Assembly: GCA_039586795.1 (NCBI GenBank)
Contig: JBDHJS010000036.1
Coordinates: forward strand, 1-38,169
DNA length: 38,169 nt
Reading direction: 5' to 3'
Origin: Gemmatimonadota bacterium
Lineage (GTDB): Bacteria; Gemmatimonadota; Gemmatimonadetes; Palauibacterales; KS3-K002
This document shows, one piece after another, positions 26,972 to 38,169 of this stretch. A program made the translations under genes and the position numbers. Under the pieces are notes generated by a model. The model did no database searches and was not told the DNA's origin. It was given only the letters and a program-made list of their open reading frames with translations. The number at the start of each line of letters is the position of its first letter. Position 1 is the stretch's first letter.

Positions 26972-28605
26972 TTGAGGAGAGACTCCAGCGAGCCGGGCAG
27001 GGCGAAGGGGCCGATGTGCGGGCCCGGATTCTGGACCGCAGCCCGCAGCGCCAGGGTCAGCGCATCCCGCGTCTGCTCGGGGGTGATGACGGCATCGACC
27101 AGGCCGCGGGCGGCGGCGAAGCGCGCGTCGAGCTGGCGGTCGTAGGTGGCCACCGTCGCATCGAGCTTCTTCTGAGTCTCGGGATCGAGCTCGCGACCCT
27201 GCTCCTTGGCCTCGGCAAGCGCGCGGCCGTGGACAGCCACAGCAGCCGACTCGCCCTCCATGACGCCCATGCGGCCGGTGGGCCAGGTGAAGATGAAGTC
27301 GGGGTCGAACCCCTGCCCCGCCATGGCGTAGTAGCCGGCACCGGATGCGTGGTTGATGGTGAGCACGATCTTCGGCGCAGTAGCGACGGACATCGCCTCG
27401 ACCATGCGCGCGCCGGCGCGGATGATGCCGGAGTGCTCGGCGTCAGTACCGACCATGAAGCCCGAGACATCCTGAACGTAGAGCAGCGGCCGGCGGTGGC
27501 GATCGCACGTTTCGATGTAATACGCGCACTTCTCGGCGCTCTCGGTATAGATGATGCCGCCGAAGCGCGGTGGGCCGCCCTTCTTGTCGTGGAAGATACC
27601 GCGATCGTTCGCCAGGATGCCGATGGGAATCCCGTTGATGCGCGCATCGACGCAGATCATCTCCTCGGCGTGCTCCGGCTGGAACTCCCGGAACTCGCCG
27701 TCGTCGACGATGGTCTTCAGAACGGCGCGCATGTCATAGCCGGCCCGATGGTCGTCGGGGATGATGTTGTAGGCTTCTTCCGGCGGAATGGCCGGATCGC
27801 GGGGTTCCGCGGTCGTCATCGGGATGGCCTGCGCGGGCGGCAGGTCCTTGATGTATTCGCGGATCCATTCGATGCACTGCTCGTCGCTCTCCGGCTCGTA
27901 GTGAGCGACGCCGGAGATCTTCGTGTGGGTGTCGGCTCCACCCAGCGTCTCGGCATCAACCGTCTGACCCGTGGCGCCTTTCACCAGGTTGGGTCCGCCC
28001 AACCCCATGAAGCTCGAGCCCTTCACCATGAAGATCACGTCGGACAGCGCCGGCAGGTACGCGCCACCGGCGATGCAGTTGCCCATCACTGAAGCGATCT
28101 GCGGCACCTTCATGTAGCGCCGCATGAGCGAGTTGTAGTAGAAGAGGCGCGCCGCGCCGTACTGTCCGGGGAAGACGCCGCCCTGGTATGGCAGGTTGAT
28201 ACCGGAGGAGTCGACCAGGTAGACAATCGGAATGCGGCAACGCATCGCGATCTCCTGGGCACGTAACATCTTGGGAATGGTCTCCGGCCACCAGGAGCCC
28301 GCCTTTACAGTGCCATCGTTGGCGACGAGCACTATCTCGCGCCCTTCGACAACGCCGACCCCGGTAACCACTCCCGCCCCTGGCGCCGCACCTTCGTACT
28401 TGTCGTGGGCCACCAGAAGGCCGACTTCCTGAAAGTAGCTGTCTTTATCGAATAGAAGATCGAGCCGCTCCCGGGCTGTCAGCTTCCCTTCCGAGTGCTG
28501 CTTCTCGATCTTCTTCGGTCCGCCGCCCTGCCGCAGCTTCTCTTCCAGCTCGGCAAGCTCGTCCGCCAGTTGGCGCATCCGCGGCTTCTGTTTCGCCGCA
28601 CTCAC
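26968..28605 (-). CDS. Acyl-CoA carboxylase carboxyltransferase subunit (MccB/LiuB-like)
   Basis: [39 protein letters not shown] and DVSGFMVG. Confidence 0.93.
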   Translation of the reverse strand: MSAAKQKPRMRQLADELAELEEKLRQGGGPKKIEKQHSEGKLTARERLDLLFDKDSYFQEVGLLVAHDKYEGAAPGAGVVTGVGVVEGREIVLVANDGTVKAGSWWPETIPKMLRAQEIAMRCRIPIVYLVDSSGINLPYQGGVFPGQYGAARLFYYNSLMRRYMKVPQIASVMGNCIAGGAYLPALSDVIFMVKGSSFMGLGGPNLVKGATGQTVDAETLGGADTHTKISGVAHYEPESDEQCIEWIREYIKDLPPAQAIPMTTAEPRDPAIPPEEAYNIIPDDHRAGYDMRAVLKTIVDDGEFREFQPEHAEEMICVDARINGIPIGILANDRGIFHDKKGGPPRFGGIIYTESAEKCAYYIETCDRHRRPLLYVQDVSGFMVGTDAEHSGIIRAGARMVEAMSVATAPKIVLTINHASGAGYYAMAGQGFDPDFIFTWPTGRMGVMEGESAAVAVHGRALAEAKEQGRELDPETQKKLDATVATYDRQLDARFAAARGLVDAVITPEQTRDALTLALRAAVQNPGPHIGPFALPGSLESLLK

Positions 28606-28650
28606 ACTCGTCCTCCCGATCCGAAGCTCACGCGGAACGCATACGTGAAG

Positions 28651-29067
28651 TCACTCCCCGTCGGCACGGTTTTCCTTGAACCAGTCCCTGATGTACTGGA
28701 CCGCCTCCGTCGTGGGTGTGCCGGGCCCGAACAGCTGCCCAACACCCATCTCGGTGAGCGCCTCCATGTCCTCGGCCGGGATGATGCCGCCGCCCGTGAG
28801 AAGTACGTGACCCATCCCTTCGGCACGTAGCAGCTCCAGAACCCGTGGAAAGAGAGTCATGTGGGCGCCGGAGAGAATAGACAGCGCGACGACATCGACA
28901 TCTTCCTGGACCGCCGCCTGGACGACCTGCTCCGGCGTCTGATGCAGACCCGTATAGATGACCTCCATCCCCGCATCTCGGAGAGCGGCGGCCACCACCT
29001 TGGCCCCTCGGTCATGTCCATCCAGACCGGGCTTTCCCACCAGCACGCGTATCTTACGTTCCACCAT
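28651..29067 (-). CDS. Acyl-CoA mutase small, cobalamin-binding subunit (IcmB-like)
   Basis: [17 protein letters not shown] and GGIIP B12-binding motifs. Confidence 0.93.
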   Translation of the reverse strand: MVERKIRVLVGKPGLDGHDRGAKVVAAALRDAGMEVIYTGLHQTPEQVVQAAVQEDVDVVALSILSGAHMTLFPRVLELLRAEGMGHVLLTGGGIIPAEDMEALTEMGVGQLFGPGTPTTEAVQYIRDWFKENRADGE

Positions 29068-29142
29068 GGCGTTGTACGTTGTATTGATTTGGTGTCGCAA
29101 CCGCGACGGGAAGATAGCTCGCGGCCCGAAGGCCGGGCAAGC

Positions 29143-30159
29143 TCAGTGCAGCGCCTCGCGCACCCGCTGGGCCGCCTCCTCCGGCGTCGTCACCAGGATG
29201 TGAACGCCAACACCCATCTCGAAGCCGGCGGCGAGGAATCGTCGCGGGATGATTTGGAAGTACCAGGGGAGCGCGGTCTCGGCGCCATCAATGAGGGGCG
29301 GCGTCTGAAGGATGCAGTTGTAGTCGGGGCGATTGAAGGCCTGTTCCATCGCCGACACCGCGCGCCGCAGGGCGACGCCAAGCTCGCCCAGCGTGTCGTC
29401 ATCCTGAGCATCGAACCGCGGCGGCAAGCCTCGAGGCGCTACCCAGATCTCGCAGTCGAAGGTGGGGGCGAAAGGAACGAAGGTCACGAACCTCTCGGTC
29501 GCCTCGATGATCCGTGACTCCGCGGCCAGCTCGCCCTGCACCATATCTGTCAGTAGCGCACGCCCGTTCTCCGCCGCGTAGATGTGCGATCGCTCCAGTC
29601 TCACGGCTAGCACGTTCGGCACAAAGGCGAGCCCGGCCAGCTGTGAGTGGGGGTGCTCGATGGATGCGTTGGCCATCGGACCCTGGTTGCGGAAGATCAC
29701 GACGTGCTTGATCCGCTCGTCCGCGGCCGAGGCTGAGAAGCTGCACCTGTACGCCAGCATGACCTCTGCAACTTCGGCGTCGCTCAGGCCAGTGAAAACT
29801 CGATCGTGCTCCCGGGCCTCTATGATGACTTCGTGCTTGCCAATGGCGGGTTCGGCCTCTTGCAGTGGCAGACCCTCGCCGGGCAGCGTCGCCACCTCAT
29901 CGACGAGTGCCGGATACTTGTTCCCCACGACCCGCACGCGCCAATCGGCATCAGAGTCCTCGGGGATGCGACAGCTCTCCGCCGGCGTGTGGGCCTCGTT
30001 GCCGGGGCAGAATGGACAGTTGGGATCGTATACCGGCGTATCGGACCGGGCCGATTGCCGCGGACCCACTCTGGGACGTGTGGCCCGTGTCGGCGCGACG
30101 ATGACACGATCGCCCGTGAGCGGGTTACTTCGTACCTGAGGAAATCCTTCGGTCGCCAG
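29143..30159 (-). CDS. GalT-family (HIT superfamily) sugar-1-phosphate nucleotidyltransferase; start uncertain
   Basis: RSNPLTGDRVIVAPTRATRP (upstream of the ORF-track start at 30069), CPFCPGNE, NKYPAL, HEVIIE and HPHSQ. Confidence 0.88.
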   Translation of the reverse strand: MATEGFPQVRSNPLTGDRVIVAPTRATRPRVGPRQSARSDTPVYDPNCPFCPGNEAHTPAESCRIPEDSDADWRVRVVGNKYPALVDEVATLPGEGLPLQEAEPAIGKHEVIIEAREHDRVFTGLSDAEVAEVMLAYRCSFSASAADERIKHVVIFRNQGPMANASIEHPHSQLAGLAFVPNVLAVRLERSHIYAAENGRALLTDMVQGELAAESRIIEATERFVTFVPFAPTFDCEIWVAPRGLPPRFDAQDDDTLGELGVALRRAVSAMEQAFNRPDYNCILQTPPLIDGAETALPWYFQIIPRRFLAAGFEMGVGVHILVTTPEEAAQRVREALH

Positions 30160-30188
30160 TTGACGGTAGACGGTTGACGGTAAACGGT
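30159..30188. repeat. Heptamer tandem repeat (GTWRACG)4
   Basis: gttgacg gtagacg gttgacg gtaaacg gt. Confidence 0.8.
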
Positions 30189-30189
30189 G

Positions 30190-31920
<1,731 letters not shown>

Positions 31921-31968
31921 TCACCGTAAGTCATTGCGCCTACCTCCTACCCCCCAAGTCCCAACTCC

Positions 31969-33051
31969 CTACTCCCTACCGTCCACCGCTCTCAGTATCT
32001 CCTCCGCCACATCGTACGGCGTCCGCCGCCCCGATTCCAGATCCTCGCGCGCCGCCTCCAGCCGCGCCTCTCCGTCGCCTTCAGACCATACCCGAGTCTT
32101 GAGGCCGCGATCCACCACCGCGCGCACGCGTTCCATCAATCTTTCACTTCGCCGGGTCTCCAGCTCGCCCGTCTGCTTGAGATGCTGCAAGTGAGCGTCC
32201 AGCGTCTCTAACAACTCGGGGACGCCTTCGCCAGTATGGGCCGTCGTCATGAGCACCGGAATGTCCCAACGAGGCACCTCGGGCTGCGACACAGCTTCAG
32301 CGCCGCTCTCTTTCTGCGCGTGCCGCTTCGCCAGCTCACTCAGGTCAACGCCGTGGTGAGCGGGGACGCGGTCATAGACCAGGCCCTGGCGGATGCGCAG
32401 CGTGGTTCGCAGCTCTCCGGCCGCACGTTTCGCCTCGGGCCGGTCCGCCTTGTTGACCACAAAGATGTCGGCGATCTCCATGAGACCCGCCTTCATCGCC
32501 TGAATCGAGTCGCCCGACTCCGGCGTCAGCACGACGACGGTTGTGTCCGCCGCTTCCGCGACCTCGAGCTCCGACTGCCCGACACCCACCGTTTCGACAA
32601 CGACCCACTCGAACCCGTAGGCATCCATGAGGTCGGCGACTTCTCGGGTCGTCGTCGCCAGGCCGCCCATGGAACCGCGGCTCGCCATCGAGCGGATGAA
32701 GATGCCGTCGTCGCCGGAGGCGCCGGTCATGCGAATACGGTCGCCGAGGAGCGCTCCACCGGTGAAAGGCGACGTGGGATCGACGGCGACCACACCCACC
32801 CGTTCGCCGGTCTGGCTGCGGACGGCACGCGCCAGGGCGTGGATCAGGGTCGATTTCCCGGCGCCCGGCGGCCCGGTAATGCCTATGCGGTGCGCCGGCC
32901 CAACCTTGCCATGCAGCGCGCTGAGCAGGCTCTCGAAGCCGGATTGGCCGTTTTCCACCCACGAAATGGCCCGGGCCAGTGCCCGGGCCTCGCCCGCTTC
33001 GAACGCCTCCAGCAGCTTGCGCTCGGAGGACTTAGAATGCTTTGCCATCAC
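31969..33051 (-). CDS. meaB: Mutase-associated GTPase chaperone MeaB
   Basis: GPPGAGKST, AVDPTSPFTGGALLGDRIRM, ETVGVGQSE and NKAD. Confidence 0.95.
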   Translation of the reverse strand: MMAKHSKSSERKLLEAFEAGEARALARAISWVENGQSGFESLLSALHGKVGPAHRIGITGPPGAGKSTLIHALARAVRSQTGERVGVVAVDPTSPFTGGALLGDRIRMTGASGDDGIFIRSMASRGSMGGLATTTREVADLMDAYGFEWVVVETVGVGQSELEVAEAADTTVVVLTPESGDSIQAMKAGLMEIADIFVVNKADRPEAKRAAGELRTTLRIRQGLVYDRVPAHHGVDLSELAKRHAQKESGAEAVSQPEVPRWDIPVLMTTAHTGEGVPELLETLDAHLQHLKQTGELETRRSERLMERVRAVVDRGLKTRVWSEGDGEARLEAAREDLESGRRTPYDVAEEILRAVDGRE

Positions 33052-33141
33052 AACGCCAAAACTTGCCCCCCAGTTTCTACCCGGTCAAGTGCGCAGGTCC
33101 CGCCGACAGGCCCGCCAGGCACCCCTTATTCGACGTTTGAA

Positions 33142-33561
33142 CTAGTTGGCCATCTTTATCGCCGCCAGCTTCTTAATGCCATCAAGGTCTCTCTTATATC
33201 TCACCTCGAGGCGAATGCCGCGGCCTTCAGCGTACTTCGGCGCGGCATCGATCGCGGCGAGGATGTCTTTGGGCAGTTTGGCGGCGTGGGCCGCTCTCAC
33301 AGCCTTCTCGCCGAGAGCGAAACCGGCCAGGAAGTACTTCTTGCACGGTGTGAGATAAAGGATAGTCCGTTTCTTTCGCTGCGCGCGGTACGACCAGCCG
33401 TACTTCGCGCCGGCGAAGTTCCAACTCTCCGATAGGGGTTGATACTCGGTTGCCAGATGATCGACCAGGGCTTCCCAAAGAGCAGCCGATCGGCCCAGCG
33501 TCCCGGTGAGCATCGCCTTGTTTGGCTCACGTGATTTATCGTCGAATGCACTGAGCGCCAT
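33142..33561 (-). CDS. DUF3788 family protein
   Basis: GAKYGWS..KKRTILYL.P and YAEGRGI motifs. Confidence 0.8.
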   Translation of the reverse strand: MALSAFDDKSREPNKAMLTGTLGRSAALWEALVDHLATEYQPLSESWNFAGAKYGWSYRAQRKKRTILYLTPCKKYFLAGFALGEKAVRAAHAAKLPKDILAAIDAAPKYAEGRGIRLEVRYKRDLDGIKKLAAIKMAN

Positions 33562-33590
33562 TCTCGTCGTCTCCTGCGTCTCCTGCGTGT

Positions 33591-34085
33591 TCAGCGCTTA
33601 CGAGGCGCGTATAGCCGTTTGAGCACCTGAATCTGGCCCGTATGATAGGTATCGTGCATGACGATCCCCATCAGCAGATCCACATAGGGAGTCTCCCCGC
33701 CATCACCGGGCTTCTTGTCCAGGCGTTTCGGATCGAATGCCTCTATAGCCTCGACCAGTTTGTCATTCTCTTCTTTGAGCAAAGCCCGATCGCGCTTCCA
33801 CGCCTTCGCGTCGGCGATTTCCGGAAGGTCGGGCCAGTTCGATGGAGCGCGGGGAAAGCTGCTCTTGGGCTCGTTCGTCAGCTTGCGTCGGACCGCGTAC
33901 TTCCAGTAGGCGATGTGCAGGACCAACTCCCAAATGTTGTGTCGGCCGGGCGCCGGTCTCCAGACCGCCTCCTCCGCCGAGACGCCTCTGAGCGAGCCCG
34001 ACGGGCTGGCGCCGCCATGCCAGGGACGAAACCCGGCCGGGGGGTCGAGGAGCTTGAGAATCTCTTTGATGCGTGCGTCAGCCAT
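33591..34085 (-). CDS. DinB family protein
   Basis: HNIWELVLHIAYW and HDTYHTGQI motifs. Confidence 0.9.
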   Translation of the reverse strand: MADARIKEILKLLDPPAGFRPWHGGASPSGSLRGVSAEEAVWRPAPGRHNIWELVLHIAYWKYAVRRKLTNEPKSSFPRAPSNWPDLPEIADAKAWKRDRALLKEENDKLVEAIEAFDPKRLDKKPGDGGETPYVDLLMGIVMHDTYHTGQIQVLKRLYAPRKR

Positions 34086-34124
34086 TTCCGGCCTCCGCTT
34101 GTGGGAAGTGACGCGCCCTGGGAC

Positions 34125-34700
34125 TCACGCCGCGATCCTGGAAAGCGTGGAGGACCCAAGATAGCCCAGGACACAGGCCAGCCAGGCCAAGGCCAGAAAA
34201 GCATGGTACCGCCGGCTGCGTGTGAAGACCCCAATCAAGATGAGGGACATCAACACAGCGATGAAGACGAAATATGCCTGCGGAAGCCCTCTCAGCCCCA
34301 TTTCGGCTTTCATGGTCGTCTCAGGCACATCGATGCCCCAGGCCAGAGCCAGCAACCCAAAGAACCAGATCCGGTTCTTGTAGAAGTACTCCTCGAAGTC
34401 CATATCAGCCGGGATGTCCCATGGATAGAGCACAGCGGCCAGTAGGAACAGAACGATCGCGTAAAGCGTGACGAAAAGGAACTGAAAGAAGCTCCACTCA
34501 TCGAGTGAACTCCACCAGAACATCCCCCACCAAATGACGAGGATATAGACCAGGACGTTCAGCGTCCAAACGGTGTGAACCCAGTACACTCGCACGGTAT
34601 CGCGGTGTTGTACGACCTTAGTGACACCCATCAGCAGATGAGTGATCCCGAGGCCCATCACCACGGATATCAGAACGCCCAGGTATTCGAATAGCGCCAT
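34125..34700 (-). CDS. Hypothetical multi-pass membrane protein
   Basis: About 6 TM segments; starts MALFEYLGVLISVVMGLGITHLL. Confidence 0.75.
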   Translation of the reverse strand: MALFEYLGVLISVVMGLGITHLLMGVTKVVQHRDTVRVYWVHTVWTLNVLVYILVIWWGMFWWSSLDEWSFFQFLFVTLYAIVLFLLAAVLYPWDIPADMDFEEYFYKNRIWFFGLLALAWGIDVPETTMKAEMGLRGLPQAYFVFIAVLMSLILIGVFTRSRRYHAFLALAWLACVLGYLGSSTLSRIAA

Positions 34701-34709
34701 GTCTGACCT

Positions 34710-35147
34710 CTACTCGACGCCGCCTTTACGCGAGTTCGCGATGTCGGCGATCTCAATATCGAGCTCCGAGACCTTCAAAGTGATGGAGTAGCATGTCTGC
34801 CCCTTGTCTTCCTCCGCGGAAGAGACGTAGACACTGTCGCCCTCCAACTGGATACCGAATAGCAAGTGCACGTGACCGCCAAGCTCTGGTCTGGTGCTGT
34901 CCACGATGTCGCATGACACGACGTTCCTAACGGTCACGACAGAATCGATTGGCTTTGAATGATCGTGCTTATCCGGTAACACTCTGCGCATCCTGATCAG
35001 CCCGTGTCGACGAATGCGCAGGCGGGCGATTTGTTCAGCTTCATCGAACTCTACCGAGGCGCAGTTCAGTCGCGCTTTGTTCGTCAACGAAGCAATTACG
35101 GCAGCCAACGGGTCGGCGATCCCTGGACCGCTCACTCTCAGGCGCAT
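34710..35147 (-). CDS. Hypothetical protein
   Basis: 145-aa ORF that fills the gap in a co-oriented run; no recognised motif. Confidence 0.55.
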   Translation of the reverse strand: MRLRVSGPGIADPLAAVIASLTNKARLNCASVEFDEAEQIARLRIRRHGLIRMRRVLPDKHDHSKPIDSVVTVRNVVSCDIVDSTRPELGGHVHLLFGIQLEGDSVYVSSAEEDKGQTCYSITLKVSELDIEIADIANSRKGGVE

Positions 35148-35170
35148 GGTTAGAAGCCCCGGTTGCAGAC

Positions 35171-35731
35171 CTAAAACAGGAACGGCACGAACATCCTCGT
35201 CCGATTCATATAGGTTCTGTATTCACTTCCGAAATAACGAATGTTCTCGGACTCTTCAACCTTGGCCGTGGCGGTCAAGCACAGCGTCGCGGCGACTGCG
35301 AGGCCAGCCGCTATCCACGAGGGGCGCTTGAAGAAGACCCCCCAGGTTAGGAAGAGAAGTGAGCTGTATAGCGGATGCCTGATGTACTTGAATGCTCCGC
35401 TCGTGACTAGCCGGGTCGTCTTCTCGAACCCAAGCAGCGCTGTATCATCTCGGGCTGCGGCGTCGGGCTTGCCCGCTCCGCGAAGCAGGCAAGCGCCCCA
35501 AATAACAAGGAGCAGCGACACAGCCAGCAAGAACCAGGACACCAATTGAAATGTGGAGAGAGAGTCGCCGAACCAAGCATCGACGCCTCTGAAATTGAGC
35601 AGCGTCAACCCAAGGATTGACTCCCAGGCAAGAAAACGGAAGAAGCCATGTGAACCGGGTCTGCCTAGCGAACCCCTGGAGAGAAGAGCAAGAACTACGG
35701 AAATCGCGATGAAGACGACGACCTTGGCCAC
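35171..35731 (-). CDS. ICMT/PEMT-family membrane methyltransferase
   Basis: LVTSGAFKYIRHPLYSS and EE..FGSEYRTY..TRMFVP; GTG 35731 inferred as start. Confidence 0.88.
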   Translation of the reverse strand: MAKVVVFIAISVVLALLSRGSLGRPGSHGFFRFLAWESILGLTLLNFRGVDAWFGDSLSTFQLVSWFLLAVSLLLVIWGACLLRGAGKPDAAARDDTALLGFEKTTRLVTSGAFKYIRHPLYSSLLFLTWGVFFKRPSWIAAGLAVAATLCLTATAKVEESENIRYFGSEYRTYMNRTRMFVPFLF

Positions 35732-35751
35732 GGGCTTCTTCCCAGCGCAGT

Positions 35752-36273
35752 TCAGTCCAACGCGAGTTGGCTTTCTACAAAGGCGGCCACGGCTGCGTGG
35801 TGGTCCCTCCACGCGCCCCACACCGACTTGGCCCACGCACGTACGTTCTCGATGTGCGCTTCGGGCGTCTGCGACAGAGCGACATCGAAGGCCGTGACCG
35901 GACCCATGTCCGCAGGCGGTGGGAAGTGCGGCCAGTCCTCCACCGTAGCAGCGAGCCGCTGAAACAGCTGAGGCATGCCGGTCGGCGCATGATCTCGATC
36001 GAGGACAAGATGCAGGCCGCAGAGGTGGATCACAATCGACTTGTCCGGGTGCGATCCGCCGGCATGCTGCACCGCGTACGTATCGACCGTGAGCTGGTGG
36101 ACCTGGCGAAAGACAACCGGATTTCCGAAATCGACGCCGAGCACCTCGGTATAGATGCTCCAGCATTCCGGCGTCGTGTTGTAGTATCCGTCATACGCAG
36201 CGACGTCGCTTGCGGGCATGCGCAATCCACAGCCCGGACAGACGCTCTCTCTGTGACATGACGGACGGTTCAG
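35752..36273 (-). CDS. DUF5946-like protein; start ambiguous
   Basis: CPGCG, ECW, HQLTVDTYAVQH and WAKSVWGAW. Confidence 0.75.
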   Translation of the reverse strand: MNRPSCHRESVCPGCGLRMPASDVAAYDGYYNTTPECWSIYTEVLGVDFGNPVVFRQVHQLTVDTYAVQHAGGSHPDKSIVIHLCGLHLVLDRDHAPTGMPQLFQRLAATVEDWPHFPPPADMGPVTAFDVALSQTPEAHIENVRAWAKSVWGAWRDHHAAVAAFVESQLALD

Positions 36274-37658
36274 GCTAGCTGTGGCAGCAGGATCCAGCTG
36301 GCCAGCGCCAACAGGAAAAAGAACCCGAAGATATCGGTTAGCGCAGTGAAGAAGACGGCGGATGCGACGGCGGGATCGACGCCGAGCTTCTCGAGGAGTA
36401 CCGGGACGAAGGCGCCAGAGAAGCCCGCAACGATCAGGTTCCCCCACATGGCAAGCATGACGACCAGCCCGAGATAGATGGTGCCTTCGGGAAGCAGAAG
36501 ACCGATCACCGCCGCCATGACGCCAAGGACAGCGCCATTGATGATCCCGACCGCTGCCTCCTTGGCCACGACCCTCCATGCACCCGCACGCTCCGGCGAC
36601 ACGGCGAGTCGACGAACGGTTACGGCCAGGGCCTGGGTACCTGCGTTTCCGCCGATGGCGGCGATGACCGGCATGATGGCGGCCAGAATGACCGCGCGTT
36701 GCACCGTGTCACGGAAGAAGTAGATGATGGCGGCCGCCACCGAGGTGGTGACCAGAGCGAGCGCCAACCACGGAAGCCTGCTTCTTACCGCCTGCCCGAC
36801 ACCACCGGCCAGGTACTCTTCGTCGAGCACGCCGGAGAACCGTAAGATGTCCTCCGTGGTCTCGGCTTCCACGATATCCATCACATCGTCGAAGGTGATG
36901 CGTCCGATCAAACGGTCTGCCGGATCGACAACGGGAGCTGAAACGAGGTTGTAGCGTGACATGACGCGCGCGACCTCTTCCTGGTCCATAGTCGCCGGAA
37001 CAGAAGCCAGCACCGCTTCCGTGACATCGCGGATCGGCAGCGATGGCTGTGACAGAATCAGGTTCTGGAAGGACACCGTCCCGCGCAGCCGGTTGTCATC
37101 ATCGACCACAAAGACGCTGTAGAAGTCTTCGCCGTCTTCTTCCGCTTGCTGTCGGATCTTCTCGATCGCTTCGGCGACAGACGCGTTTTCCTGAACCGCG
37201 ACCACGTCGGTGGTCATAATGCCGCCGGCGGACTCTTCGTCGTAGGCCAGCAGATCGCGGAGTTCTTCAGCCTCGTCGTCGGGAAGCTGGGCGAGGACCT
37301 CGCGCTGTTTGTCCTGCGGCAGTTCGCCGATCAGGTCGGCGGCGTCATCGGGGGACAGCTCGTGGACGATATCGGCGACGCGCTCCGAATCGGCGACGAG
37401 GAGCTCCTCCGGGTGCTCCTCCTCCTCCATCTCGGCGAGTGTTTCAGCGGCGAGTTCGCCGGGCAGAGCGTGGACTACGGCGGCACGTTCATCTTCGTCA
37501 AGCGACTCGACGACATCGGCAAGATCTGAGGGGTGGAACGCCTCGAGGTGGCGGCGAAGCGTCTCTTCGTCGCCAGTTTCGAGGAGCTGGCGGACGCGAT
37601 CGACGTTCGCCTCGTGGACCTGAGCGTCGCTCGCCTTGCCGCTAGCCGATCCGGGCAT
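36270..37658 (-). CDS. mgtE: Magnesium transporter MgtE
   Basis: HPSDLAD, AGGIMT CBS pair, RLPWL, GGNAGTQA, DPAVAS..LTD. Confidence 0.95.
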   Translation of the reverse strand: MPGSASGKASDAQVHEANVDRVRQLLETGDEETLRRHLEAFHPSDLADVVESLDEDERAAVVHALPGELAAETLAEMEEEEHPEELLVADSERVADIVHELSPDDAADLIGELPQDKQREVLAQLPDDEAEELRDLLAYDEESAGGIMTTDVVAVQENASVAEAIEKIRQQAEEDGEDFYSVFVVDDDNRLRGTVSFQNLILSQPSLPIRDVTEAVLASVPATMDQEEVARVMSRYNLVSAPVVDPADRLIGRITFDDVMDIVEAETTEDILRFSGVLDEEYLAGGVGQAVRSRLPWLALALVTTSVAAAIIYFFRDTVQRAVILAAIMPVIAAIGGNAGTQALAVTVRRLAVSPERAGAWRVVAKEAAVGIINGAVLGVMAAVIGLLLPEGTIYLGLVVMLAMWGNLIVAGFSGAFVPVLLEKLGVDPAVASAVFFTALTDIFGFFFLLALASWILLPQLA

Positions 37659-38169
37659 CTTTGTCAGCTTGCTTGGTTATCTCCGGCGTCACGGCACCGC
37701 CGGAGACGACGAGCTTGAACCCTTCCTCGACGTTCATCCTGAGCGGCTTCACCTGTGACCGCGGAAGGAACACGATGTAGCCGGAGGTCGGATTTGGGGT
37801 CGTGGGTAGAAAGACGGCTACCGAGTCTTCTTCGGTGATCTTGTTGATCTCGGCCGCCGCGGCGCTGGTCAGGAACCCGATCGCCCAGCAGCCGGGCCGC
37901 GGGTACTCGACCAATACCGTTTGCTTGAAGAATCGTCGGTCCTCGCCGACGATCTGCTCGACGATCTGGCTTGCCGCGGTGTAGATCGTCTTGGTTAGCG
38001 GAAACTTCTTCAGCCAGTCCCGCCCCATGAGGATCAACTCACGCCCCACCGCCTGATGGGCGACCCAGCCGGCGCCGATGATGAGCAGCACGAGGACGAG
38101 GAGGCCGAGACCGGGGATACGGACCCAGAGCGCACCGAAGATCTGGCCGAGGATCGCGTCAAGGCGTGC
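37642..38169 (-). CDS. DUF502 family protein, 5'-truncated by the window edge
   Basis: VLVEYPRPG.WAIGF, VFLPTTPNPTSG and VVSGG; the frame stays open towards the window end. Confidence 0.9.
   Translation of the reverse strand, partial: ARLDAILGQIFGALWVRIPGLGLLVLVLLIIGAGWVAHQAVGRELILMGRDWLKKFPLTKTIYTAASQIVEQIVGEDRRFFKQTVLVEYPRPGCWAIGFLTSAAAAEINKITEEDSVAVFLPTTPNPTSGYIVFLPRSQVKPLRMNVEEGFKLVVSGGAVTPEITKQADKDARIG

Noticed and set aside
33568..33588. 9-bp duplication CGTCTCCTG at the DUF3788 ribosome-binding site as a target-site duplication
   Set aside because: The copies are adjacent with no element between them; most simply a local slippage that duplicated the SD.

Overview
GC-rich bacterial chromosomal window; the gene content suggests Gemmatimonadota, but that is inference only. 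No rRNA, tRNA, CRISPR array or intact mobile element was seen. Left part: a partial membrane protein; a long-form guaA with a broken 3' end; a tandem pair of secreted M14 carboxypeptidase homologues (the first apparently non-catalytic); a PNPOx-like protein plus a PEP-utilising phosphotransferase of rifamycin-phosphotransferase-like architecture; recQ; a DUF4136 lipoprotein; and a barrel-only Omp85. Centre: a tightly coupled four-gene signalling operon (dual-FHA protein, secreted NHL/FN3/TPR protein, membrane Ser/Thr kinase with Ig/PEGA ectodomain, FHA-GAF-HD-GYP phosphodiesterase), which is the best candidate for an undescribed system. Right part: a long minus-strand run with DUF502, mgtE, six small accessory genes, and an acyl-CoA cluster (meaB, a split B12 mutase with isobutyryl-CoA mutase signature residues, a GalT-like gene, a carboxyltransferase, an AtuA pair, a crotonase and two tiny membrane proteins). 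Finer signals: four genes that appear to need non-canonical (CTG) starts, a 6-codon leader ORF plus a G-quadruplex motif before the mutase, strand-biased gene ends, and short tandem repeats after stop codons.
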